Assembly (NCBI GenBank): GCA_963702895.1
Contig: OY969767.1
Coordinates: forward strand, 1,632,001 to 1,696,000
Source: an uncultured Elusimicrobia bacterium
Lineage (GTDB): Bacteria > Elusimicrobiota > Elusimicrobia > 2-01-FULL-59-12
Reading direction: 5' to 3'
Length of the DNA stretch: 64,000 nt
Shown here: one piece after another, positions 42,309-55,509 of the stretch
Layout: each line of letters opens with the position of its first letter
Position numbering within the stretch: the first letter of the stretch is position 1
Notes under the pieces: generated by a model
What the model was told of the DNA's origin: nothing
The model's input: only the letters and a program-made list of their open reading frames with translations
Databases searched by the model: none
Made by a program: the position numbers and the translations under genes

Positions 42309-44774
42309 ATGCTATTCACTGAAAAGAAGGGGCTGATGCATCTGCGCATTCTGGGGGCACGCGCCGTCCGTGTTGCTCTTTTGGGCCTATTCTCGATTGT
42401 TCTCCTAAATTTCGCATCCACTTCGGCTTCAGCCGTTACGTGCGAGGGCTTTCGCTGGAATGGCGACTATTGTGAGTCATATGCCGAAGAGTGCAATTGC
42501 CCTGCGAGTGGCACAGCAGGTTGCAGTACCTACCTCGATGGCGATGGCTGTCAAGCGCCATCCTGTGACTATAGTTCGTGCGGCTTCCAGGGTGCGATTA
42601 CCATAGATCCAGCCAGTGGCCCCTACTCCTCAGCTCCTTCCGTCACCTACACCGTCACGGATCCGTTTGGATCTCTTACGGGCGGTTCCTGGGCGGTATA
42701 TTACGTTGATGGTCCGGGATGCACGCCAGGAAGCTCTACAGCATCCGGGACGACTTCTCTAGGGGACCATACGATCACCGCTGGCGATTACTTTGACTGC
42801 GGTGACGGCTTCTATACGATCCACGTGAATGCCCAAGACTTCGGCGGCGACTCCGGAAACAAATTTCGCGATTACTATATCGGGCATTGGAACGTACATT
42901 TAAAGATCTATGTGAAGGATGCTGGCGGTGACCCTATCGTAGGCGCTAATGTCACAGTAGTGGGTGTGGACACCAAAGCAACCGATGCCAATGGATTGGC
43001 CGACTTTACCGTTTTATCGAACAACACCTTCGACTATACCGTAGCCAAGGCTGACTACAGTAGTGACCCCGGGTCGGTCTACGTGGGGCATGAGGACAAA
43101 ACGGTCAACGTGATCATGAATAAGAAACCCTCGGTAGACGCCGGGGAACCCAAGACCATTACCTTACCTGATTCGGCCACGCTTGATGGAACCGTTACGG
43201 ATGACGGCCTCCCCAATCCCCCGGGAAAAGTCACCTCCAGCTGGACCAAAGTTTCGGGACCCGGCACCGTGACTTTCGGTGAGAGCACCGCTGTTGACAC
43301 AACGGCGACTTTCTCCGCTGCCGGCATCTACGTCTTGGGCCTGACCGCCAATGACAGTAAGCTGACTGATTACGATGAAGTCACCATCACGGTCAATCCA
43401 GCTAATGTGGCCCCCACGATTACCACACAACCTACGGATCAATCAGTGTCCGTCGGCGCGACCGCGACCTTTAGCGTGGTCGCTACCGGGGTCCCTGCTC
43501 CCAGCTATCAATGGAGGAAAAATGGGTCGCCTATTGCCGGCGCCACCTCCGCCAGCTACACTACGCCCGCCACTACTTTATTGGACAGCGGGGCCATCTT
43601 CACGGTGGTCGTTACCAATACCGCGGGTAGCGTCACCTCAGATAACGCGACCTTGACCGTCTCTGTCACTCCCGTGGCCCCCACGATTACCACACAACCA
43701 ACGCCTCAAACCGTGAGTGTCGGCGCGACCGCGACCTTTAGCGTGGTCGCTACCGGGGTCCCTGCTCCCAGCTATCAGTGGAGGAGAAATGGCTCCGATA
43801 TCCCTGGCGCGACCGCCGCCAGCTACACGACGCCGCCTACCGCTTTATCGGACGATGGCGCTATGTTCACGGTCTATGTCTACAATAGCCAAGGTAGCGT
43901 GACTTCGACTGCTGTACGACTGACCGTCACCTCCTCTTCCGTGGCCCCCACAATTACCACACAACCAACGCCTCAAACCGTGAGTGTCGGCGCGACCGCG
44001 ACCTTTAGCGTGGTCGCTACCGGGGTCCCTGCTCCCAGCTATCAGTGGAGGAGAAATGGCTCCGATATCCCTGGCGCGACCGCCGCCAGCTACACGACGC
44101 CGCCTACCGCTTTATCGGACGATGGCGCTATGTTCACGGTCTATGTCTACAATAGCGTAGGTGGCTTGCCTTCGACTGCTGTACGACTGACCGTCACCGC
44201 CTCTTCCGTGGCGCCCACGATTACCACACAACCAACGCCTCGAACCGTGAGTGTCGGCGAGACCGCGACCTTTAGCGTGGTCGCCACAGGTGTGCCTGCT
44301 CCCAGCTATCAGTGGAGGAAAAATGGGTCGCCTATTGCCGGCGCCACCTCCGCCAGCTACACCACGCCCGCCACCGCGGCATCGGACGACGGGGCCATCT
44401 TCACGGTCGTCGTCACCAATAGTCAAGGAAGCGTGACCTCCGCTGGCGCAAGATTGACCGTCAACCCGGCACCAGCACAGGCTCCGGGGGACCTGTTGAG
44501 CAATGCCCATGCTTACCCGATCCCCTATAAGCCATCCGTGCACGGCAACGGCATCACCTTTAACAACCTCTCCAATGATGCGACCGTCGTCATTAAGATC
44601 TTCACGGTCGCGGGTGAGCTCGTGCAGGAACTTCGCAACTCGAGTGCTCAGGCCGAGGTGAACTGGCCGGTCACCAATCAAGATGGCCAGGCGGTCGCTT
44701 CCGGCGTGTACATCTATCACATCCGAAACAGCACCGGCGATGAAAAACGCGGCAAGCTGATGATCGCCAGGTGA
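42309..44774 (+). CDS. Secreted surface protein: Cys-rich N-terminus, PKD-like domain, four Ig-like repeats and a FlgD/T9SS-like C-terminal domain
   Basis: Signal peptide; APTITTQP...YQW..NG four times; YPIPY..IFTVAGELV..W..ASGVYIY..GKLMI; start at 42309 or 42336. Confidence 0.85.
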   Translation: MLFTEKKGLMHLRILGARAVRVALLGLFSIVLLNFASTSASAVTCEGFRWNGDYCESYAEECNCPASGTAGCSTYLDGDGCQAPSCDYSSCGFQGAITIDPASGPYSSAPSVTYTVTDPFGSLTGGSWAVYYVDGPGCTPGSSTASGTTSLGDHTITAGDYFDCGDGFYTIHVNAQDFGGDSGNKFRDYYIGHWNVHLKIYVKDAGGDPIVGANVTVVGVDTKATDANGLADFTVLSNNTFDYTVAKADYSSDPGSVYVGHEDKTVNVIMNKKPSVDAGEPKTITLPDSATLDGTVTDDGLPNPPGKVTSSWTKVSGPGTVTFGESTAVDTTATFSAAGIYVLGLTANDSKLTDYDEVTITVNPANVAPTITTQPTDQSVSVGATATFSVVATGVPAPSYQWRKNGSPIAGATSASYTTPATTLLDSGAIFTVVVTNTAGSVTSDNATLTVSVTPVAPTITTQPTPQTVSVGATATFSVVATGVPAPSYQWRRNGSDIPGATAASYTTPPTALSDDGAMFTVYVYNSQGSVTSTAVRLTVTSSSVAPTITTQPTPQTVSVGATATFSVVATGVPAPSYQWRRNGSDIPGATAASYTTPPTALSDDGAMFTVYVYNSVGGLPSTAVRLTVTASSVAPTITTQPTPRTVSVGETATFSVVATGVPAPSYQWRKNGSPIAGATSASYTTPATAASDDGAIFTVVVTNSQGSVTSAGARLTVNPAPAQAPGDLLSNAHAYPIPYKPSVHGNGITFNNLSNDATVVIKIFTVAGELVQELRNSSAQAEVNWPVTNQDGQAVASGVYIYHIRNSTGDEKRGKLMIAR
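43407..44465 (+). repeat. Four 267-bp intragenic tandem repeats encoding Ig domains
   Basis: Units start at 43407, 43674, 43941 and 44208. Confidence 0.92.
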
Positions 44775-44802
44775 GGCCGGCGAAAACGTATAGGAAACGG
44801 CC

Positions 44803-44862
44803 TCATCCCCACGAAAGTGGGGATCTCGGGATGGATCCCCGATAGAACCCTTCGGGGATGAC
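44803..44862. repeat. RPE-like palindrome
   Basis: tcatccccacgaaagtggggatc...gatccccg...cggggatgac. Confidence 0.8.
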
Positions 44863-44928
44863 GACCATTATCCCGAAATCTTCCTTTGGGAAAGCTTTAT
44901 CGTCTGGCCCTACTGCACTTTTCTGTGC

Positions 44929-45013
44929 CGTCATCCCCCCCGGCCGTAAGGGGGGGATCCATCGTTCCGTTTACGACGTTGATGGACCCCGGCTGACAAC
45001 CGCCGGGGTGACG
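44929..45013. repeat. RPE-like palindrome
   Basis: cgtcatcccccc...ggggggatccatc...gatggaccccggc...gccggggtgacg. Confidence 0.85.
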
Positions 45014-45036
45014 ACCTAACTGAACTTTCCCGGTTA

Positions 45037-48080
<3,044 letters not shown>

Positions 48081-48081
<1 letters not shown>

Positions 48082-49841
48082 CAGAGGGGGTGAGGCGCCG
48101 CCGAGTGAGGGACCGATCGTTTCTCGAGGATCGTGTCCTTGCGTCCCAAGGCGGGATCCACTTCGGGGTGATCGAGGTTGAAGTGAAGCCCTCGGCTTTC
48201 TTTTCTGGCCATCGCGGAGCGCACGACCAGCTCACCGACCATGGCGATGTTTCGCAACTCGATCAGGTCCTGGGTGATCATAAAATTCCAGTAATAGTCA
48301 CGGATCTCCTCTTGGAGCAGCTGGAGACGCCGCCAGGCGCGTGCGAGCCTTTCGTCGGCACGTACTATACCGACATAATTCCACATCAATCGTCGGATCT
48401 CATCCCAGCACTGCGTGATGACGACCTGCTCATTGGGGTTACGGGCGTTGCCGGGATTCCATGATGGAACGTCGCGCGTGATACGGCCGTCCGACGTGCG
48501 ACGTCCGACGTCGGACCTCGGACCTCGGACCTCGGACCGAAGTTGTTCGAAAGCGCGGTGCGCGAACACGAGGCCCTCCAGCAGGGAGTTGGAAGCGAGC
48601 CGATTGGCCCCGTGCAGTCCCGTGCAGGAGACTTCTCCGATTGCCCAGAGGCCCGGCAGCGAGGTGCGTCCGACATCGTCCGTTTGAACGCCTCCGCAGA
48701 AATAATGGGCCGCCGGGACGACCGGGATCATGTCCCGCGTGATATCAATCCCGTAGTGGAGGCACTGCTTGTAAATATTGGGAAACCTCTTTTTGATGAA
48801 GCTTGCTCCCTTGTGCCGGATGTCCAGGAAGACGTAAGGCGCGCCGCTTTTCTTGAGTTCGCTGTCGATGGCGCGGGCGACGATGTCTCTCGGCGCCAGC
48901 TCCTTGTCCGGGTGATACCGTTCCATGAACGCATCGCCCGTCTGGAGCTTCAAGATTCCTCCTTCCCCCCGCACGGCCTCCGAAATCAGGAAGGATTTCG
49001 CTTCCGGATGATAGAGGCAGGTCGGATGGAACTGGACAAACTCCAAGTTTGCGATGCGGGCCCCCGCGCGGTAAGCCATGGCGATGCCGTCGCCGCTGGC
49101 CACATCAGGGTTCGAGGTATAGAGATAGACTTTGCCAGCACCCCCGGTGGCCAAAAAAGTGCCACGTCTGCCCAGAAAGGTCTTCACCGCACCACCCCGC
49201 GTATCGAGCACATAGGCACCTAAACATCGGACTTCAGCGATGCCGTCATCCCGGCATGCCTCAAGCCGGGATCCATGAGTCCGGTCTTGATCTGATGGAC
49301 CCCGGCTTTCGCCGGGGTGACGACTGGGTGGCGAGCCACCTAATTTCGCCGTCGTGATGAGATCGATGGCGATATGGTAATCATAGAATCCGATGGTCTG
49401 GCAGCTCTGAGCTTGCTTCAGAAGCGTCTTCGCAATCTCAGAACCCGTGTAGTCGCCGGCATGAAGCACGCGGCGCCTGGAATGACCGCCCTCAAGACCC
49501 AGCTCATAGGGACGCTCTTGGTCTTGATCTTCGCGCGTAAAAGCCATCCCCCAGTCGATCAGTTCGCGGACCCGAGCAGGCCCTTCCTGAACGACCCCCC
49601 GGACAATATCCTCCCGGCAAAGACCCGCCCCCGCGCGCAGCGTGTCCTGGACATGCTGCTCAATGGAATCCTCCGGAGAGGTCACGGCGGCGATCCCCCC
49701 CTGGGCGTAGAGGGTGGATCCTTCGAGAAACTCTTTTTTCGAGACCAGCGACACCGTGCCAAGCTCGGAGAGACGAATCGCGAGGCTTAGTCCCGCGATG
49801 CCGGAGCCTAGAACCAGGAAGTCAGCTTCAAGATCACTCAT
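48081..49841 (-). CDS. nadB: L-aspartate oxidase with two in-frame repeat insertions
   Basis: [38 protein letters not shown]. Confidence 0.96.
48488..48537. repeat. Heptamer palindrome in frame in nadB
   Basis: cgtccgacgtgcgacgtccgacgtcggacctcggacctcggacctcggac. Confidence 0.9.
49244..49322. repeat. RPE-like palindrome in frame in nadB
   Basis: cgtcatcccggc...gccgggatccat...atggaccccggctttcgccggggtgacg; encodes [10 protein letters not shown]...[10 protein letters not shown]. Confidence 0.9.
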
Positions 49842-50686
49842 TAGGAGATGATGATGTTATCGATCAGCCGTGTTTTGCCAATATGAATCGCCACCGCCAA
49901 GAGCGCCGGCCGGTGGATTTTCTTCATCGGCTCAAAGGTCACGGGGTCCACCACCGCGATATAGTCCACACGACTCTGCGGGATCTTGTTGAAGATCTGC
50001 CGGAGTCTGGCGGTGAGCTGTGAGGTTCGCGTCATGATTTTTCCAGAAATGAGCTCCCGACCCAGGAAGAGTGCCTGATAGATCTTGACGGCCTCTTCCC
50101 GTTGCCGGGCCGAGAGGTACCGGTTGCGCGAAGAACAGGCGAGGCCATCCTTTTCACGGACCGTGGGACAGGCCACGACGTGCACGGGCACATTCAAGTC
50201 CCGGACCATCCGTTCAATGACCGCGAGCTGCTGGGCGTCCTTTTGTCCAAAATAGGCCCGCGTGGGCTGGGTGATATGAAACAGCTTGGCAACGACCGTC
50301 GCCACGCCTTCAAAATGTCCCGGTCGACAGGCTCCTTCAAGAGCCGTACCGAGCGCTGGAACGCGCACCGTGGTCATCGCGCCATCGGGGTACATCTCCG
50401 CCGCATTCGGGGCAAAGAGCACATCCACGCCGGCCTTCTTGAGAAGCAAGGCGTCCCGGGAGAACGTCCGGGGGTACTTCTTAAAATCCTCTTGCGGTCC
50501 AAATTGCAGCGGGTTGACGAAGAGGGAGACGATGACGGCATCATTTTCGAGACGCGCCCTGTGCACCAGGGCCGCGTGTCCCTCATGCAAGGCGCCCATC
50601 GTGGGGACAAAACCAAGGGAGTGGCCTTGTTTCCTTGCGCGCGCAGACCACGTTTGCATCTGGGCCACGGACCTCATCATTTTCAT
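49841..50686 (-). CDS. panC: Pantoate-beta-alanine ligase
   Basis: PTMGALHEGH, FVNPLQF, FGQKD, SSRN, RLIDN. Confidence 0.96.
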   Translation of the reverse strand: MKMMRSVAQMQTWSARARKQGHSLGFVPTMGALHEGHAALVHRARLENDAVIVSLFVNPLQFGPQEDFKKYPRTFSRDALLLKKAGVDVLFAPNAAEMYPDGAMTTVRVPALGTALEGACRPGHFEGVATVVAKLFHITQPTRAYFGQKDAQQLAVIERMVRDLNVPVHVVACPTVREKDGLACSSRNRYLSARQREEAVKIYQALFLGRELISGKIMTRTSQLTARLRQIFNKIPQSRVDYIAVVDPVTFEPMKKIHRPALLAVAIHIGKTRLIDNIIIS

Positions 50687-51561
50687 GGAAATACCCTCCT
50701 GAAGAATTGGACGATCCGGTTGTCGTAATCCTCTTTGGCGATCATCCAAGGCTCCCCGTGATCAGCCCCAGGGACAACCCATAACTCTTTCGGATCACCC
50801 GCCGCGTCCATCATGGCCTGCGTGTCAGAGGCCGGCATCCGAAGATCGCGCTCGGCGTGAATCAACAAGAAGGGTCGTGGGGCGATCTTGCCCACCTCGT
50901 CCACCGGCGCGAAGTTCCATGAGGAGACACCGAGGCGCCAGCGCGTGATGAGAAACGCCAGGTGCATGAAAGGAAACTCCGGGATGCCGTAAAAGAGTTT
51001 CGCGAAATAGGTGACCGTCTTTCTCGCACGGGTAAAGGGGCTCTCCGCCACGACGGCCGCGATTTCGGGATGCCGCGCGGCGCCCACAATGGCCACCGAA
51101 GCCCCGAGCGAATGCCCATAAAGGCCAAGCCGCCGCGCGGCTTCAGGTTTGGCGCGCTTCAGATACTCGAGCGCGCTCTCAAAATCCCGGAGCTCTAGCG
51201 GCCCGATCGACGTGAGGCGTCCCTCGCTGTCGGAGTGCCCTCGAAAATTGAATAAAAAGAGGTTCCAACTCCCCGCCCTGGCAAGACACAACACATTTAG
51301 AAGCATGTCCCCGGTGTTCGAACCCAGCCCGTGGAGGACGATGAGGGTCGTGTCGGAAGCTTCTTTTGACGGGATAAACCACCCCGTCAGCGTCAGCCCG
51401 TCGAAAGACTTAAAGGAGACGGGCTCATAAGCCAGCCCGAAATCTTGGGGCGTATAAGGCAGCGCGAGGTAGGGGACCTTGGTGATTTCGAACGACGCGT
51501 ACAAAGCGACGGCCAGGATGAAAAGCACCGCCACAGCCAGGACGATGAAAAGCGCGTTCAT
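50683..51561 (-). CDS. Membrane-anchored alpha/beta hydrolase
   Basis: GHSLG nucleophile elbow; D and H of the triad near the C-terminus. Confidence 0.9.
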   Translation of the reverse strand: MNALFIVLAVAVLFILAVALYASFEITKVPYLALPYTPQDFGLAYEPVSFKSFDGLTLTGWFIPSKEASDTTLIVLHGLGSNTGDMLLNVLCLARAGSWNLFLFNFRGHSDSEGRLTSIGPLELRDFESALEYLKRAKPEAARRLGLYGHSLGASVAIVGAARHPEIAAVVAESPFTRARKTVTYFAKLFYGIPEFPFMHLAFLITRWRLGVSSWNFAPVDEVGKIAPRPFLLIHAERDLRMPASDTQAMMDAAGDPKELWVVPGADHGEPWMIAKEDYDNRIVQFFRRVFP

Positions 51562-52358
51562 GAAGAATAGGCGTGAAGAGAATCCGGATAACGCCCCTGG
51601 CGCACCTCTTGAGCATAGGCGCGCGCCGCTTTGACGATAGCGGCACGCAAATCCGCGTACTTCTTGACGAAACGGGGATAGGGTGGCGGTGTGAGTCCCA
51701 AGAGGTCATCGACCACAAGAATCTGACCATCACAGGCGACCCCGGCGCCGATGCCGAGGGTCGGCACTTTCAGGATTCGGGTGACCTGTCGCGCGAGGGC
51801 CGCGGGCACACATTCGAGGACCACGGCGAACACGCCTGCTTTCTCAAGGGCCCTGGCGTCGGCGATGATGCGTTTGCCGGACTCCTTCTTCTTCCCCTGC
51901 ACACGATACCCGCCATAAAGATGAACGGACTGAGGGGTCATGCCGACATGGCCCATGACAGGGATTTTGGCGGCGACCAGGGCCTTCACCACAGGAACCA
52001 TTTCATGGCCACCTTCGATTTTGACCGCCTGAGCTCCGGCCTTCAGCATGAGGCCGGAATTTCTGATCGCTTCAGGCGTGGAGGCTTGGTAGGAAAGATA
52101 CGGCATATCGGTGACCACAAGCGCATGGCCATTGGCCCGCGCGACGATGCGTGTATGGTACACCATGTCCTCGACGGTGACGGGCAGCGTGGACGCATGG
52201 CCCAGCTTCACCATGCCGAGCGAATCGCCGACGAGGAGCAGGTCGACTCCCGCTTCATTCAACAACTGGGTCATCGTGAAGTCGTAGCTCGTGAGCGCCA
52301 CGATCTTCTGGCGGCGCACTTTCATGGCCTTGATCTCCGGCACCGTCATTTTAGGCAT
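51558..52358 (-). CDS. panB: 3-methyl-2-oxobutanoate hydroxymethyltransferase
   Basis: LLVGDSLG, VKIEGG, GHVGMTPQ, IGAG. Confidence 0.96.
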   Translation of the reverse strand: MPKMTVPEIKAMKVRRQKIVALTSYDFTMTQLLNEAGVDLLLVGDSLGMVKLGHASTLPVTVEDMVYHTRIVARANGHALVVTDMPYLSYQASTPEAIRNSGLMLKAGAQAVKIEGGHEMVPVVKALVAAKIPVMGHVGMTPQSVHLYGGYRVQGKKKESGKRIIADARALEKAGVFAVVLECVPAALARQVTRILKVPTLGIGAGVACDGQILVVDDLLGLTPPPYPRFVKKYADLRAAIVKAARAYAQEVRQGRYPDSLHAYSS

Positions 52359-52764
52359 GGGCGCCAAGCTCCTGTAATCCGGATTGCACAAAGGGACGAT
52401 TCTTTATTTCAGGGTGTGGAACGGTGAGTCGAGGGTCGGAAAGGACCTGCGACCCGTAGAGGAGCACATCGAGATCAATGGTTCTTGGACCCCAGCGCAC
52501 GCCCCGCGCGCGACCCAGGGCGCGCTCAATCTGTTGGCAGGATTCGAGGAGTTGCCAAGGTTTGAGCGTCGTGCCGAGGCGCGCCACGCAATTGAGATAG
52601 CGCGGCTGATCCATCACACCGACAGGTTCTGTCTCCAGCAGAGTCGAGACCGCTTTCAGGTTGATGCCGGAGGTGCTCGCGAGAAGCTGCAAAGCCTGGT
52701 CGATATGGCCTTGGCGGTCTCCGAGATTGGATCCCAAGCCGATATAGGCGCTCACTTCTTCCAT
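52351..52764 (-). CDS. folK: HPPK (2-amino-4-hydroxy-6-hydroxymethyldihydropteridine diphosphokinase)
   Basis: GLGSNLG, WGPRTIDLD, VPHP..RPFV. Confidence 0.96.
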   Translation of the reverse strand: MEEVSAYIGLGSNLGDRQGHIDQALQLLASTSGINLKAVSTLLETEPVGVMDQPRYLNCVARLGTTLKPWQLLESCQQIERALGRARGVRWGPRTIDLDVLLYGSQVLSDPRLTVPHPEIKNRPFVQSGLQELGAHA

Positions 52765-53921
52765 GTCACTCCCTGAATACGTTGGACCGCCTCCATCAAG
52801 CGCTTTTCACTGACGGTCAGAGCGAAGCGGACATACCCCTCACCCGACGGCCCAAACCCTACGCCGGGGGTACACACAACACCGACCTCATCCAGAAGTC
52901 GTCCCGCGGTTTCGGTCGAGTTAAATCCTTTCGGGGTTCTCGCCCAGACATAAAAGGTGGCGCCTGGCTTTCGCATGCTCCAGCCCGCCAGGGTCATGGC
53001 GGAGACAAACTGGTCCATGCGCCGCTGATAGAGCTCTCGCATGTCCCTGACGAACATCTCGGAGTCCGGATGCTCCAGGGCCGTGATGGCCGTCTCTTGA
53101 ATGGCTTGAAACGCTCCGGAATCCATGCTGTCTTTAATGGTCGCAAGACCCTTGATGAGTTCAGCGTTGCCACAAACCCATCCGATACGCCAGCCCGTCA
53201 TGTTATAGGTCTTGGAGAGCGAGTGGAACTCGATGCCGACCTCCTTGGCCCCGGGAATTTCGAGGAAACTCAAGGCCGGCGCATGATAATACATCTCGGA
53301 ATAGGCGTTATCGTAGGCAACCAAGAGATGATATTTTTTGGCGAAGCTCACCACCTCTTCAAGAAAAGCGCGAGGCGCCATGGCCGCCACGGGATTATTC
53401 GGGTAGTTCAGGAAGAGAATTTTCGCCCTCGTAAGGACATGCTCCGGGATGGACTTCAAATCCGGAAGGAAATCACGCTCCTCACGCAGAGGCATCAAAT
53501 AGGGTTCCGCGCCCGCGAAGAGGGTGGCGTTCTTGTAGACAGGATAAGCAGGGTCCGGGACCAGGGCAACATCACCGGGGTTGAGGTAGGCCAACGGCAA
53601 GTGTCCCAGTCCTTCTTTCGAGCCGATCAGCGCGTAGATTTCACTCGCGGGATCCAGCGCCACCTTGAACCGCGTCTTCATCCAGGCCGAGATGGACTTG
53701 CGAAACGCGAGCAAGCCCGCGCCGAAAGGGTATTGATGGTTAGAGGCCTTCGCGAGCGCCGCCTGGCCCGCCCTCACGATATGCGGCGGCGTCGGCAAGT
53801 CAGGGTCTCCCACCCCCAAGGAAATGATGTCGACGCCACGCTCGATGGCCGCCTTCTTCTTGCGATCCATCTCGGCAAAGAGGTAAGGCGGCAATTGGTT
53901 GATACGATTAGAGTAGTTCAC
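52752..53921 (-). CDS. Class I/II aminotransferase, probably LL-diaminopimelate aminotransferase
   Basis: LPPYLFA, GSKEG, NYPNNP, SLSKTYNMTGWRIG; downstream of dapF/dapA/dapB. Confidence 0.85.
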   Translation of the reverse strand: MNYSNRINQLPPYLFAEMDRKKKAAIERGVDIISLGVGDPDLPTPPHIVRAGQAALAKASNHQYPFGAGLLAFRKSISAWMKTRFKVALDPASEIYALIGSKEGLGHLPLAYLNPGDVALVPDPAYPVYKNATLFAGAEPYLMPLREERDFLPDLKSIPEHVLTRAKILFLNYPNNPVAAMAPRAFLEEVVSFAKKYHLLVAYDNAYSEMYYHAPALSFLEIPGAKEVGIEFHSLSKTYNMTGWRIGWVCGNAELIKGLATIKDSMDSGAFQAIQETAITALEHPDSEMFVRDMRELYQRRMDQFVSAMTLAGWSMRKPGATFYVWARTPKGFNSTETAGRLLDEVGVVCTPGVGFGPSGEGYVRFALTVSEKRLMEAVQRIQGVTWKK

Positions 53922-53934
53922 AGGTTTACCATTG

Positions 53935-54000
53935 TGTCATCCCCCACGGTTGTAAGTGGGGGATCCATCATGATAGACCCCGGCTTCCGCCGGGGTGACA
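53935..54000. repeat. RPE-like palindrome
   Basis: tgtcatcccccac...gtgggggatccatcatgatagaccccggcttccgccggggtgaca. Confidence 0.88.
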
Positions 54001-54003
54001 GCT

Positions 54004-54765
54004 TTATTCCTCTTTCACAGGATTTCTCAGAATTCCGACCCCTTCGACAAACACTTCCACCACATCGCCGGCTTGAAGCGCTCCGACGCCCTGGGGGGTC
54101 CCCGTTGAAATCACGTCGCCAGGTTGAAGCGTCATGACGCGAGAGACAAACGCGATGATCTGAGGGACCGAGAAAATCATCTGACTCGTATGCCCGGCCT
54201 GCGCCACTTTCTTATTGACGCGGGACTCCACGCGTAATTGGTCCAGTGGAAGGCCCGCCGCAATCCATGGACCGAGCGGGGCAAAGGTGTCAAAGGACTT
54301 GGCCCTCGCCCACTGGCCGTCTTTTTTCTGCACGTCCCGTGCCGTCACATCATTCAGGCACGTGATGCCCAAGACACAGTCCATCGCGTCGCCCTCCGAG
54401 AGGTTCCTCGCTTTTCGGCTTAGGACCACCGCCATCTCCGCTTCGAAATCGACCCGGCCCACGCCCCTCGGAAGGACAATGGGGTCTTCCGGACCGATGA
54501 GAGCGCTTGGCGCCTTAAGAAAGATCACCGGCTCACGCGGCACTTCTGTTCGCCCAAACTCGGCGATATGGTCCTTGTAATTCAGCCCGACGGCGATTAT
54601 TTTGGACGGCACGCACGGCGCAAGCAACCTCACTTCTCCCATCCCGAAAGACCTGTCCGTTCGCTCGAACGACGAAAAGATGTCGGGTGTCACCTCCCAG
54701 ATCCGGTGGTCCTCCACAACACCCCAGCCAGGCGTACCTCCTGCTTCAAAACGGCAATAAATCAT
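54004..54765 (-). CDS. Fumarylacetoacetate hydrolase family protein
   Basis: GLNYKDH, FEAEM, NDVTARD, KSFDTF, TGTP. Confidence 0.93.
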   Translation of the reverse strand: MIYCRFEAGGTPGWGVVEDHRIWEVTPDIFSSFERTDRSFGMGEVRLLAPCVPSKIIAVGLNYKDHIAEFGRTEVPREPVIFLKAPSALIGPEDPIVLPRGVGRVDFEAEMAVVLSRKARNLSEGDAMDCVLGITCLNDVTARDVQKKDGQWARAKSFDTFAPLGPWIAAGLPLDQLRVESRVNKKVAQAGHTSQMIFSVPQIIAFVSRVMTLQPGDVISTGTPQGVGALQAGDVVEVFVEGVGILRNPVKEE

Positions 54766-54777
54766 GTTTTCACCATC

Positions 54778-54829
54778 CCCTCTCCACTAGGGAGAGGGCC
54801 ATGCCCCGCGGGGACACGGAAGTGAGGGG
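54778..54829. repeat. CCCTCTCC...GGAGAGGG...GTGAGGG type intergenic palindrome
   Basis: ccctctccactagggagaggg...gtgagggg. Confidence 0.65.
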
Positions 54830-54834
54830 TCCCC

Positions 54835-55509
54835 TCATTCCAACCCCAACACATCCTTCATGCTGTAGAGCCCGGGCTTTTTCCCACAAACCCATTTCGC
54901 GGCCTGGATCGCGCCAGCGACTAAAATGTCGCGCGAGCCAGCATGATGAAAGAGCTCGATACGGTCCATCGGTCCCTGGAGGATGATCCGGTGATCACCT
55001 ATGAGCTCGCCCTCACGGAATGACGCGTAGGTCACTTTTTGCTTGCTCACCTTTTCAATGAGGGCCCCTGCCTGCAGGGCTGTTCCTGAGGGAGCGTCTT
55101 TCTTATGGATGTGATGCGTCTCTTCGATATGGACCGTGTAGCCCGGCAAGGCTTTCGCCAAGAGCTGCGCGGCGCTAAAAAAGACATTGACCCCCAAACT
55201 CATATTGGAAGAGCGCACGACAGGAATAACGGAAGCCGCCTTTTGAATCGCGTCTTCTTGTTCCTTTTTAAATCCCGTGGTCCCAAGCACATACGCTTTC
55301 TTTTGTCTTGCCGCTTCCTGAAGGTGAACCAGGGAAGCTTCCGCCTGAGAAAAGTCGATCACGACTTCACCTGGCTTCATGTCCACCGGCTTGGTATCAA
55401 GATCCAAGCGAGCGGCGATCTCCAGTTCAGGATCGGCACCCGCGACCTCAGCAATTCGGGTGCCCATGCGTCCGCGAGCGCCGACGATGGCGATTTTGAG
55501 TTTAGCCAC
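54835..55509 (-). CDS. dapB: 4-hydroxy-tetrahydrodipicolinate reductase
   Basis: GARGRMG, GTTG, ETHHIHKKDAPSGTA. Confidence 0.96.
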   Translation of the reverse strand: MAKLKIAIVGARGRMGTRIAEVAGADPELEIAARLDLDTKPVDMKPGEVVIDFSQAEASLVHLQEAARQKKAYVLGTTGFKKEQEDAIQKAASVIPVVRSSNMSLGVNVFFSAAQLLAKALPGYTVHIEETHHIHKKDAPSGTALQAGALIEKVSKQKVTYASFREGELIGDHRIILQGPMDRIELFHHAGSRDILVAGAIQAAKWVCGKKPGLYSMKDVLGLE

